In this document: one piece after another, positions 9,984-19,793 of the stretch
Layout of the letters: each line of letters opens with the position of its first letter
Numbering within the stretch: the first letter of the stretch is position 1
DNA from: Epithemia pelagica
Taxonomy: Eukaryota; Protista; Bacillariophyta
Assembly (NCBI GenBank): GCA_946965045.2
Contig: OX337229.1
Span: forward strand, 5,332,001-5,396,000
DNA: 64,000 nucleotides
Direction: 5' to 3'
Notes under the pieces: model-generated
What the model saw: the letters and a program-made list of their open reading frames with translations, nothing else
Told to the model about the DNA's origin: nothing
Database searches by the model: none
Translations under genes and position numbers: made by a program

Positions 9984-10676
9984 TTATTCTTCTACCTCAT
10001 TAGTGGGACGAAAGCCAACGTAGGGTTCGGAGGTGTTTTCATTCGGAAAATTGTCCCGAATGAACTCAACAAGGCAGGGAGGAAGCTCCCTACGAACTCC
10101 ACGCCCAAGTGGACCATGGATTTTGTTTGTCAAACGCCGATACAATTGGTATCGGATGGAACGATTGGATTGCCCGGTATTCTTTAGGTGACTTGCGATG
10201 GAATGAAGGTAGGGGAGGTGTTCAAAGATAAAACAGGGGTTTCTCTTGCATGTGGAGCAAACATGCTCCCAATACATGTATCCATGTGTTGCACTTGGGG
10301 GCGTGTTGTTATTCAGCTCGTGAAGGATCCGTTCAAGGCTTTCCGGACATGCATACTCCAACGGCATGAAACGAGTCTCCGTGCATTCTGGTTTCATTTC
10401 AATCACACCACCACTGTCATCCGTGACCAGGGTGTGCGCCCTCTGAAGGGTAAACGGAACATACTCCTCTTGGTTTGTTGGGTTGTAGAACTGATCGGTG
10501 TCGATGGTGAGGTCTGTGAAAGAAATGAATGAGGCTGATGAGGTGCAGATGGACAAATATAGATACAACGATGGTGTAACGCAATAAGCACTCGGGGAAC
10601 CCACCATCTGTTGCGTCCATCTTGTAGAGGGAAGTAGTGCGAATGTTTCAGCAAGGTAGATCCAATAAAGGGGCAA
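9984..10676 (-). CDS. Passenger ORF inside the piggyBac element with a P2X7-ballast-like C-terminal domain; true start uncertain
   Basis: CSTCKRNPC...RYQLYRRL...HGPLGRGVRRELPPCLVEFIRDNFP...YVGF. Convergent with the transposase; stop codons 59 bp apart. Confidence 0.72.
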   Translation of the reverse strand: MPLYWIYLAETFALLPSTRWTQQMVGSPSAYCVTPSLYLYLSICTSSASFISFTDLTIDTDQFYNPTNQEEYVPFTLQRAHTLVTDDSGGVIEMKPECTETRFMPLEYACPESLERILHELNNNTPPSATHGYMYWEHVCSTCKRNPCFIFEHLPYLHSIASHLKNTGQSNRSIRYQLYRRLTNKIHGPLGRGVRRELPPCLVEFIRDNFPNENTSEPYVGFRPTNEVEE

Positions 10677-10881
10677 TGACAGTGGTGAACGACCGCTTCA
10701 ATGGTCTTCACTGTGATGAGTGCAACAGAAATGACATTCATCTGAACTTAAAACGACTACTTTTCAAACCGTGTTAAGATGGGAGTAGTTTATGGGAGTC
10801 AAAGCACTGATCCCATATTTTTTATGGGAGTAGTTTATTTTCTACTCCGTTACCCTTAAAACCCGTTCCTTACGTATGGCG

Positions 10882-10942
10882 TTAACTTTGTTTTACACGG
10901 GTTGAGCTCGTTCTTGTTGCCCACGGTAGCAGGAAAACAACA
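10882..10942 (+). repeat. 3' LTR of copia 1, right remainder (TTAA plus 57 bp)
   Basis: TTAACTTTGTTTTACACGGGTTGAGCTCGTTCTTGTTGCCCACGGTAGCAGGAAAACAACA is identical to 355-415. Confidence 0.96.
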
Positions 10943-10953
10943 AGGTATCTACA

Positions 10954-12723
10954 ATGGCCCCAAAATCAAATGGACAGTCCTCTTTCAGCAGCATCGAAAA
11001 AGTGCTTAGCTTGATTGTGACATGCAAAAGTGAGGAAGAAACAGATCCCCAATCCATGGAAGCACCGGATATCCACCAAAATGGTTCTTGGTTCGCCCAC
11101 GAATCTCGAGATAATGGGTTGAATCAAGAGCCAACGGATTGGAACGGCTCCTTTGCGCCTCCGAAACAGAGCCTCAACATTTCCCATTCTTCCCATGGAG
11201 ACATGATTGCAGAGCCACCTTTGTTAGGTCGTTATCAAGAACCGCTCTCCAAACAGGGAGCCTTTCGTATGTATCCGGGTGGAAGAAGGCCTTCGCATGT
11301 CCATTCGGTATCCAGCAACACGGACAGGATAGACGACGACGAGGAGGAGAACCTTCGTCAGGGTGGTTCTGGGAATGGTCCACACTCGAATGAACATTAC
11401 GATTTCGATGATGAGGAGATTGGAAATGGTTCGGTCCCACAGGTTGGCGGCGGCCATCTCATTGTTCCGGCCGAGCTGGCGGAAACATTGGATCGGCAGG
11501 AACGAGAAAGGATTCAGCAATAGGTGTTGCATTCCATGACGATTGAACCGGTCCATGTGCAACTCCTAAAGGAAGAAGAAAGCTCCAGCAATGGTTGGAA
11601 ACAAAAATGTTGGTTTCTTGGTGGATTCATGCTGATCCTGGGTAGTATTGGTGTCATCTTGACGGTAGTCTTGGTGGGAATTCAGAACGAAAATGGCACC
11701 ACCATGGAGCAGACCAGTTCACCGTCATCTATACCTTTCTCCACATCGAGACCCAGTCCAAGCCCAGTTCATTTTCCGCTTGAGCCAAGAAACCCTGATT
11801 TATTACAGTCCGACTTGTTAGTGGCTCAAGTGACAAACGTTGTTTTATGGATCGGCCCGGTTCTGTTTTGTTCTCATGTGAATATGACATGGAACGACAC
11901 TGAAGAGCTCTTTCCATTAACAGACGAGTACTTCCAGAGCAATTTTGTCCGATTTATGAGTCAACATGCCCAGTGGAGTGTTCTTGATATCAAAGATGTT
12001 TCGTTGGAGCTTTCACTCCGTCGTCCCGACTTTGAGTATGGCGAATTGCTGTGGCTTGAATCCGTGAGACTCACGTACAAAACGGACCAGCAAGAGCTTA
12101 GATCTGTTGAGTTCTATGATGTGCTGACGAATTTCATTCTGAATGGATTTAGTGAATATATTGAAAGAAATGACATTTCCAAGCCATCCAAGGTCTTGCA
12201 AATGAGTGGCAGCAACGCCATTCAAATTGGATACTCCGTGCCACCGGCACTTTCAACCCGGAATACAGCGCCAGCTTTGGTATCTTTTTCCATTTCTGTT
12301 ACTCTGTCAGAGGCAAGAACAAAAACGATGACAGATGATCTCGATATCGGAACTGTCACAGGCTTGTTTTTGACGGAGGTCATGAACGAAACAGCTCGGG
12401 AAGCTATTACCAGTATGCACCTTGTTCAGTTTGGCAGATCCTGCTTTCCTCAAAATTCCGACAGCGTGTATCTTGCCTTTTCAAGTTACATGAGGCTGCA
12501 CAACGGTGATCGGCATTGCTCTGGTACGGCGGATATCCAAAGTCAGCTTTTCCCGCTTGTTCGGGAAGCGTTCGTGGAGTTTGGCGACTTATACTTGACA
12601 AAGTATTTGCAGACCATACCACCGTTCGACCAGACGTCAGATCAATTGTTGTTTGGTCCACCAGCTGCTGCGCTGTTTCGAGACAATATTGACAAAGAAT
12701 TTTACGAGATGCGTTGTGCATAG
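10954..12723 (+). pseudogene. Single-pass membrane protein gene interrupted by an in-frame TAG (11521-11523)
   Basis: ORFs 10954-11523 and 11524-12723 share a frame (RIQQ*VLHS). Disordered N-region with QGAFRMYPGG, a TM helix CWFLGGFMLILGSIGVILTVVLVGI, an S/P linker and a globular C-region. Confidence 0.65.
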
Positions 12724-13227
12724 CTTTGGAGCTGTCGTTTCGGACAAAAGAACGCTGATCAGACGACTCTGTCATTTTGCATGTTGGGAGCGGTTGCTCT
12801 GTATCTTAAGAGAGTTTCTGTTTGTCATTGGACCCGTATTCCATTTCTCGCTTTTCCGTAGAATTGACGGATTGACCACAACAGTTTCGACTATACATTG
12901 AAGGCCAATGGTGGTTTTGATTTCGGATTCATCATGAAGCTTTCTTCAGCTTTTTCATTGCGACAAGCTGGAATGAACACCACAATATTGAGACGCTTCT
13001 ATTTTATCTTCACTGGCTTATTCTTTGACAACGTCATTCATCGTCAAGCTCATTGCAAAGGGAAAATTGCAGATTTGAATTAAAACCCATCTCGTCTTTA
13101 ACACATGGTCCTTCAAAGTACCAAGAACTCCGTTCCCGTCAAACGTTGTCCATTCGGACTAAACGTTTACTCCATCATTACGGGAATATTTCACACTCGC
13201 CATCTCGGAAATGAATCAATACAATAA

Positions 13228-14301
13228 CTAGTATGTTTTCTTTTCAAAAAAGCCTCGATGAACCAACAAGCATGCTCGTTGGTAGAGGACATCGTCTTGT
13301 TGAGCGATGGTGTGGGGGCGCTTTTGATAAAAGAATCGTACGAGCAGCCATCCCAGGAGGGTGCCGATATACTGAAACACAATGTAGAGTCCGGCGCTTT
13401 GTGGTTCAATGCCGGCAAAGGTATTGGTCAACATACGAGCAATGGTGACAGCCGGGTTACCAAAAATGCTACTCGAGGTGAAGAAATATCCACCGCCGAC
13501 CCACAAGGCCACCACGGTAGGAACCTGTCCTTCGTTGCCTGTACGAATACATCCGTGAATGACCCAAATCAAGGACGCCGTTGCAATGACTTCGGAGATC
13601 CACAAGTTGTATCCCCATCGCTCCTTTTCGGATATTGATGTCGTGACCTTGAACATTACATTGGCTAATATAGTTCCAACGCAACCACCACTGGTTTGCG
13701 CCATGACATAGAGTATCATGTCTCCCACTTGCATGTCCTTGTTCCAGACATCGACCAAACTGACACAAGGATTGAAATGCGCACCACTAATGGGTCCCAA
13801 CACTGTTATCAGTCCATATAAGCCAGCACTGGTGGCAAAGGCATTGATCCACAATTGCAAACCCACATCGGTCGATAAGGCTTCGGCTTGAATGCCAGAT
13901 CCAACTACCACCACAATCAACAAACAAGTTCCCATGGCTTCTGCTACCAATTTCCGAATCTTATCCAAGGGTTCTGACACTGGCGCATGGCTTGGTACAG
14001 GACAGGGCGAATCTGCATAACACAATGGCACACAGGTCGTCGTGGAAGTGCCTGCATGGTTGTCGCTGCAATCGTTGGTGTTGTTGCAGTTGTTTGTTGT
14101 GTTGCTGTCCATACGACATCGATCTGTCACACAGGCACTTCCAATTGGGACACAGGTGGCCGTTGTTGTTCTGTCAGTGCTGCTTTGCTTATTTGATGAT
14201 GAGGACAAGGACAATTCGGGATCTTGGAAGTGCTGCTGGCGAGGATTGCTGGCCGTCGGTTCATCCTGGTTGACCATCGTGTCTCGATCGGATGCCGACA
14301 T
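13228..14301 (-). CDS. MIP/aquaporin-family channel of bacterial type with a Cys/Thr-rich N-terminal extension
   Basis: AEAMGT, SGAHFNPCVS, SEVIAT, FTSSSIFGNPAVTIARMLTNTFAGIEP; hydrophobic helices; ATG at 14301. Confidence 0.92.
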   Translation of the reverse strand: MSASDRDTMVNQDEPTASNPRQQHFQDPELSLSSSSNKQSSTDRTTTATCVPIGSACVTDRCRMDSNTTNNCNNTNDCSDNHAGTSTTTCVPLCYADSPCPVPSHAPVSEPLDKIRKLVAEAMGTCLLIVVVVGSGIQAEALSTDVGLQLWINAFATSAGLYGLITVLGPISGAHFNPCVSLVDVWNKDMQVGDMILYVMAQTSGGCVGTILANVMFKVTTSISEKERWGYNLWISEVIATASLIWVIHGCIRTGNEGQVPTVVALWVGGGYFFTSSSIFGNPAVTIARMLTNTFAGIEPQSAGLYIVFQYIGTLLGWLLVRFFYQKRPHTIAQQDDVLYQRACLLVHRGFFEKKTY

Positions 14302-15093
14302 TCCCAAACAAAAACAAGCCGCGACTTTAGACAATGGACGCTTCTATCCCCTCTCTACAAGACACTTTTCTTTGGTTGTTTCAGTGGCCTTCGCACAAGG
14401 CAAAAGATCCTCTTGTATTCATAGGAACAACATGGAACGGCTAATTCAGACACAAGTGGCACGAATTCTTTCTGCGACACACTAGTTCGATATGAATCCA
14501 AAAGATTCGCCTCTTGTGCGCGTGTCGCTCTCGCGTCTGCATTGCCCCTTTTGTTCCGGATGCTACCCCCCTTGGCCCCTTGGGCAGATGGGACTGTAGC
14601 CGTTTGTGTACTTTTCCCGTAGCAATTAGCGCTTTCTTGGGGCAGGTGTTGAACTTCAAAGCTGCCCAGCCAGGGTGACCGTTTAGACAGTCTAAAATAT
14701 TTCGGGTCTAGAATAAATCTAAAACGACTTTTAGACTGTATAAAATGTCTAAAACAGCAGCTTTGGAGATGCAAAAGCCAGAGGGTCAATCAATTGTCAC
14801 ATTTTTCATCAAAGTGTCCGACTGATGAAAGGACTGGGTCATTGGACCCACAGTTTTCCCTGTTATAGTTGTATTTCTAAAGAATAAATAGATTTTGAAG
14901 CTGTAACCACAAGAACAACTATGTACCTACTCTATACGTGCTCTTCCTGTTCAAAGATGTTCTAGAACTCTTCAATTCGGTTCTGAGGGGAGAAACGAGG
15001 CGCGGGAAAGCGTTGCGAAAGAACAAGGTGACCCAGCACTGAACATTCTACTTCGTAGCGTAGAAATTCTCGCCTTGCACCGTGGTAGAGGCA

Positions 15094-18000
15094 TCATTTC
15101 GAAGGGGGAAACCGATGCGCAATCTGTTCCAAGGAACGGCCTGCTTTTTGCAAATGGCGACAAAGATCTAGGATGGTTGTCGTGGTGATTCCAAGTGCCA
15201 TTAGGTCCATGGTGTGAGGATCAACGAGGGAATCACCATTCATGGTATTGTCATTTTGATTTTGATTATGGCTGGTCATGGCTTGGCCGTAAATCTTGGA
15301 CCACTCAGATAGGCCACTCAGTCTGACATCTTGAAGATTGCGAAATGTGGCCGCTGCGGAGATGGCAGCAATGGTATTGCCGGACTGGGGCCGTATACGA
15401 CCATCAGGGTATGCTTGTGAGAGTTTGGTACACGCTGTCTCAGTGATCTGATGAACCTGCCCGAGAACGTTTGCCAATAGCTGTGGAGGCGGTGCTGCAG
15501 TGGACGACAAGAAACCACGATGAAATCCAGATGGTTGAAAACGTGCACCATCTTCGTCGTCCTCACTACCACAGCAAGCCTTGGCAAACACTTGAAACGA
15601 CTGCACCAGCAAGGAAGCTTGCGCTTCGCAATCGGAAACTGCCACCGACAGGCCTCGATAAGATTTGGCATCCAGCTCAAGGGACAGGCCCACTCGTGGT
15701 TCCGCAAGTCCGGATGGAAGTTCCTCCTTGAGTTTGGCATCCACTGACGACAGGGTCGAGAGGACTTCAACAAGCTTTTGGATCTGTAGTGGATCCTCTG
15801 AGTCCCGGACCATCATTAGCCAACAATCGGCTTCGGATCTGTTTTGTTTTTGCTGTTGAATCAGAACCCCGTCGATTCGTTCAGCACAAATTGAGGCCTG
15901 TTTGGTGAATTCGTTCATTGCGGTGAAAAATTGCAAAGACAAGGTCTCGACCAATCGACGACTGCTTCGCGGGAAAAGCAGAAGTTCCGCAATGCTAAAA
16001 ATGACAATTCCCGTGAAGATCAACTCAATGCGTTTGGGAATATATCCCATGACAAGGTCTATTTCGTCGTCCTCATTCATCAGTGAAACACTCCCGTAAA
16101 GCATGGAACCAATACTACATGCAGCATAGGTATATGCATAGGCATGGTCGGGTGTTCTGAGGTAAATAACAAAAAATGTGAAGAGACCAATGGCGGGGAT
16201 CTTGATATAATCTTCTTGAGTACCTGGAAACAAGTCTGCCACCAAAAGGGCAAAGGCGGCGGCCAACAGAGTTCCCAACAGACGATCACCCGCCTTTCGA
16301 AAACTGGATCCGGTCGTCGCCAGATTGACACTTGCAATTGTCAACCCGGGCCACAAGGCGAACGGTGTCGCCAGGTTATAAAGATAGGGGATCGATATAA
16401 ACAAGCTACCAAAGAACATGCCCACGGCTGTTTTCAGTGCCAAACGGAAAGTATCTGGGCCGTACCATAGCCAAGGCCTTGTTATGTAAGAGTGGACACC
16501 AGTAAAAATGAGCGAACGCAGTTGTTCCCATGTCCCAAACGATTTGCTTCCCACACCGCGAACTTCTTGTGCTTCCCAGTTGTGGCGATTCATAAAATTG
16601 ACCAAGCTTTGAGCCAGTTCCAAAAGTGAGTGACTAGCTGACATGCGACGTGCAAGGTGAGCAAACAACGGCATGTTGAGGTTTTGGTGGCGATGGTAGT
16701 AGGCTGATGGGTCTTGCATCGCCAAAACATGCGCTGCACGTTGTACTGCTATCTGAAACTGATGGCGACTATCCTCCATGGCTTCTTGAAGCTCATCTTG
16801 CACATCTGGTAATACCACTCGCCGCGTCATGGGGTCTGCCCAAGCATGGCAGACTGCAATGCTCGACGTCATGGCATGAACCAAGCGGTCGCGAGATTCA
16901 GAAATATGATCATTGATCACACCCTTAGCATCGCGTAAGGATTGACTGTTGAATTGATACTCCTCACCGAGTATTCGGTTCGTGAGAGCCGTGCAGAGAC
17001 TGCGAATAATCTTTGCCAGCGTACGAGCTTCGTCCACCCATTCGCTCAAATCGTCAACGGCATGTGACCGACAGCTTAAATACAGCTCAGTTTGTGCTGC
17101 CGGTAACGTGCTCTTCAAAGCATCAATTGTCTCATCAATGCGGTGGTACAGCATTTCGATTGAGGCCAGCGCATCTCTAGATTCACTGGGCGTTGCTGAA
17201 GAAGAATTTTCGCCGTACAGTTGGATTTGACGAAGCATCATCGCGAAATCCTTTTCGAGGCGGGCCAACTGCCTATGAATGGCGAACAAGGCAAGATTCG
17301 GTTGGGGAAAGAGGTTGACCAGTATTGCAACGGCGAGGCCAATAAAGTAAGTGGCAGTCCAACCGAGTGGTTGCCACCATGGGATGTCCTCTCGAACCAC
17401 AGGCGCTATGATTATATACATGATGAGTACCATAATGTTTCGTGAAGCCAGCTAAGGATAAGGAACGGAAACATGGTGAGACCCGTGCAAGGAATGTTTC
17501 AGCCAATTGGATCATGAAATTATCCAGCAAATATTCCTCTTACCTGCGGGCATGACATGAGAAGAAATGTCATTGTCGAAGCAACAAACGGAAAGGCGAA
17601 TACTGCCTGGAATTCATTGAGAGCAGCCAAGAACGTTGCAACTGGGTATGAGACTGCTGTGGTCATCAAAATACCCACAAACAAGTCGCGAGCAGTTAGA
17701 ATGCAGGAACCTAGACTGTCTTGAAGACTGATGAGCATAAAAATGTTCCCAATCCAGACAGCACCCAGAAATATGTGTTGTAAATGTGCCCCCATATGAT
17801 GTTGCGGAAACACCAAGATGGAAAACACAATGAGCGATCCAAGCATTGCTCGAAGGGCTTCAGGGAGTCGAGAAGAATAATCACCTCCATGTTCATTCGC
17901 AGTCGCGAATTCATTGAGCCAGTATCGAAGGCCATTGGGATTGTGGTTGCCTGATTGGGGAGTGTTCTGGTTGGAGGAGGTATCCGAACTGGCGTTGAGA

Positions 18001-18260
18001 GGGTGAAGCTCTGTCTGCGAAAGCAGAAGACGAGAAAAGCGTTCCGACTGGTCTTGGACACTCGGAGGTCTCCTTAGTCGAGTGCGTTCCTTTCTGGAAA
18101 ATTCTGTTTCTTCGTCCGAGCTCATCATTTCGGCTGCGGGTTCCATGCTCAACGATTCTTCCATATATCCAGCAGGCCCAGAGTCTCTTTCGGACGACGA
18201 GTTTATGGCATCGTCGTCGTGGATACGTTTGTTTTCAATGTCAATGCAAATGGCTGTCAT
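15094..18260 (-). CDS. FUSC/ALMT/aromatic-acid-exporter-like membrane protein, 2 exons (intron 17452-17543), ~1024 aa
   Basis: Phase-0 intron CAG|GTAAGA...CCTTAG|CTG joins the two ORFs. RLALKTAVG...GSSFRKAGDRLLGTLLAA and a second diverged TM module in the N-half. Confidence 0.85.
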
Positions 18261-19793
18261 GGTAAACAGTCATGAATGTTTCCAATGCAGAATTGATTTT
18301 GTGAGAACAACAGAAATGTTCGTTCGGGGTATACAGTATTTCCAAAGCACGCAACTGATGGTTATATGATAGTTTGTGTACACGTTGAGAGAAGAACCGT
18401 TGGGTTGTTTCAGCTTTTCATCCAAACGTGCTAGCTCTAGTATCTGACGCAATCGCGTGAACATTCTCCACCATGACAGAAAAAAAGAAGAAATGGACAG
18501 TACCACCATCTCTATTGCACACCAAGGGGAAGCAAAGAGAATCTGCGTTTTCCGTGAACCGACATACTAGCGATGGATTTCGTCTGGGTCAAAAAGGCGC
18601 AATAACAGGCGACTTGCTTCAAACTACCTACTAGGTAGACCCAAAAAGAGTTTCGTCGTGCCTGGTGCACACTTCATTCGAATCTAAAGTCAACATGTGT
18701 GTATCTTGCCGTTCGAATCGGTATGTATTAGATCGCAACTTTGGATCCATATGACGGCGATCAATTATTTTGTTCTCATGTCCATAACCACAGAAGGATT
18801 ATGGTAACGTGCCCGCTGCTATGGGTGAGAGAGACGGTTGCCATGTCACATACTCGTAGACTACAATATTCAAATAGAGACAATAGAGAGATGATGAGAT
18901 AAAGGGGATATATTGGATAGGTCTGATCTTGTCCATTGGATTTGCGACGCTAGACGGAAAGTAGAGAAAAAGCATTGGGAACTCCTTGGCCAACTCTCGT
19001 GGTTTGGGGATGGACAATTCTAGACTTATTCTGGGGACAAGGAATGCTGGTTGGGTCAAACCTTTTTACTCATTGGGCTTAATAATTGACCCGATCCACA
19101 ATCTTGACCGGGCCTAAATCGCAATTCCACTTAGAGGGGTCTTGCGCAACTTGCTTGTCCTCGAGACAGACACGCTCGGTCATTTCACACTGTGAGAAAG
19201 GTCTTGCCCCGAATTTGGGGTACTTTCTAGCGGTCATAATCTATGTGGTAAGATATTAAAATTCAAGCTTTTGTGTCAAAGCAGCACTGAGTATTGCCTA
19301 TCCTCGGACAGGCCCGCGGTTTCTGGGATTCTTCTTTGGGGTAGGGCGTATCTCGTCCCAGCAAGTTTCCTTTAATAAGCGTCCGTCCGCGCACAGAGTT
19401 CGTAACCTGTTGAGCAGTCATCTGCGATCGCTATGGAAGCGAGAAATGTGATTGGGATAGGGATGTGGTTGCAAGTGAAATATTATGTGAGCGCCCGTGT
19501 GGAAAGCAAAACCTTTTTCTCGACCTCCAAGAGATGGCGAGTCTGCAGTGAATGAAGAGAGAATCTCTAGGGCGCATACCATCTTGGGTAGTTTCATGTC
19601 TTGGAATCAACAAGGTTGAGATCTCTTCAAGACGTCTCTTGGCACTAAGAATAGCGAACGAGAGGACCGTAGCAGGAGAAACAGAATCACTGGTGGTGGT
19701 GGTTATTGTTGGCCCGTCAAACGCCAGCAATACACGTAGAGAATAGACGACCGACCGAAAACGCGAGAGCATTCCAACCCCCAATTGTCCGTC

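Larger units (their letters stand above)
6210..10881 (+). mobile_element. piggyBac-like DNA transposon (4672 bp) nested in the 3' LTR
   Basis: TTAA duplicated at 6206-6209 and 10882-10885. Perfect 14-bp TIRs CGCCATACGTAAGG (6210-6223) and CCTTACGTATGGCG (10868-10881). Removal restores the LTR sequence CAACTTAACTTTG seen at 351-363. Confidence 0.96.
1..10942 (+). mobile_element. Ty1/copia LTR retrotransposon 1 (CoDi-like); 5' end outside window, 3' LTR split by a piggyBac insertion
   Basis: Position 1 corresponds to 5852 of the 3' LTR. Order is LTR-PBS-gag-PR-IN-RT-RH-PPT-LTR (copia order). LTR termini TGTT (5784) and AACA (415; 10942). Confidence 0.97.

Noticed and set aside
11443-11523. 81-nt in-frame intron removing the TAG at 11521
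   Set aside because: The interval is purine-rich, lacks a pyrimidine tract and encodes plausible protein (LIVPAELAETLDRQERERIQQ); a nonsense change is simpler.
14671-14680. CAGGGTGACC as a hAT-type terminal repeat
   Set aside because: No matching inverted partner or TSD was found nearby.
17433-17543. Two separate genes or a pseudogene at the FUSC locus
   Set aside because: A canonical 92-bp phase-0 GT-AG intron joins the ORFs.
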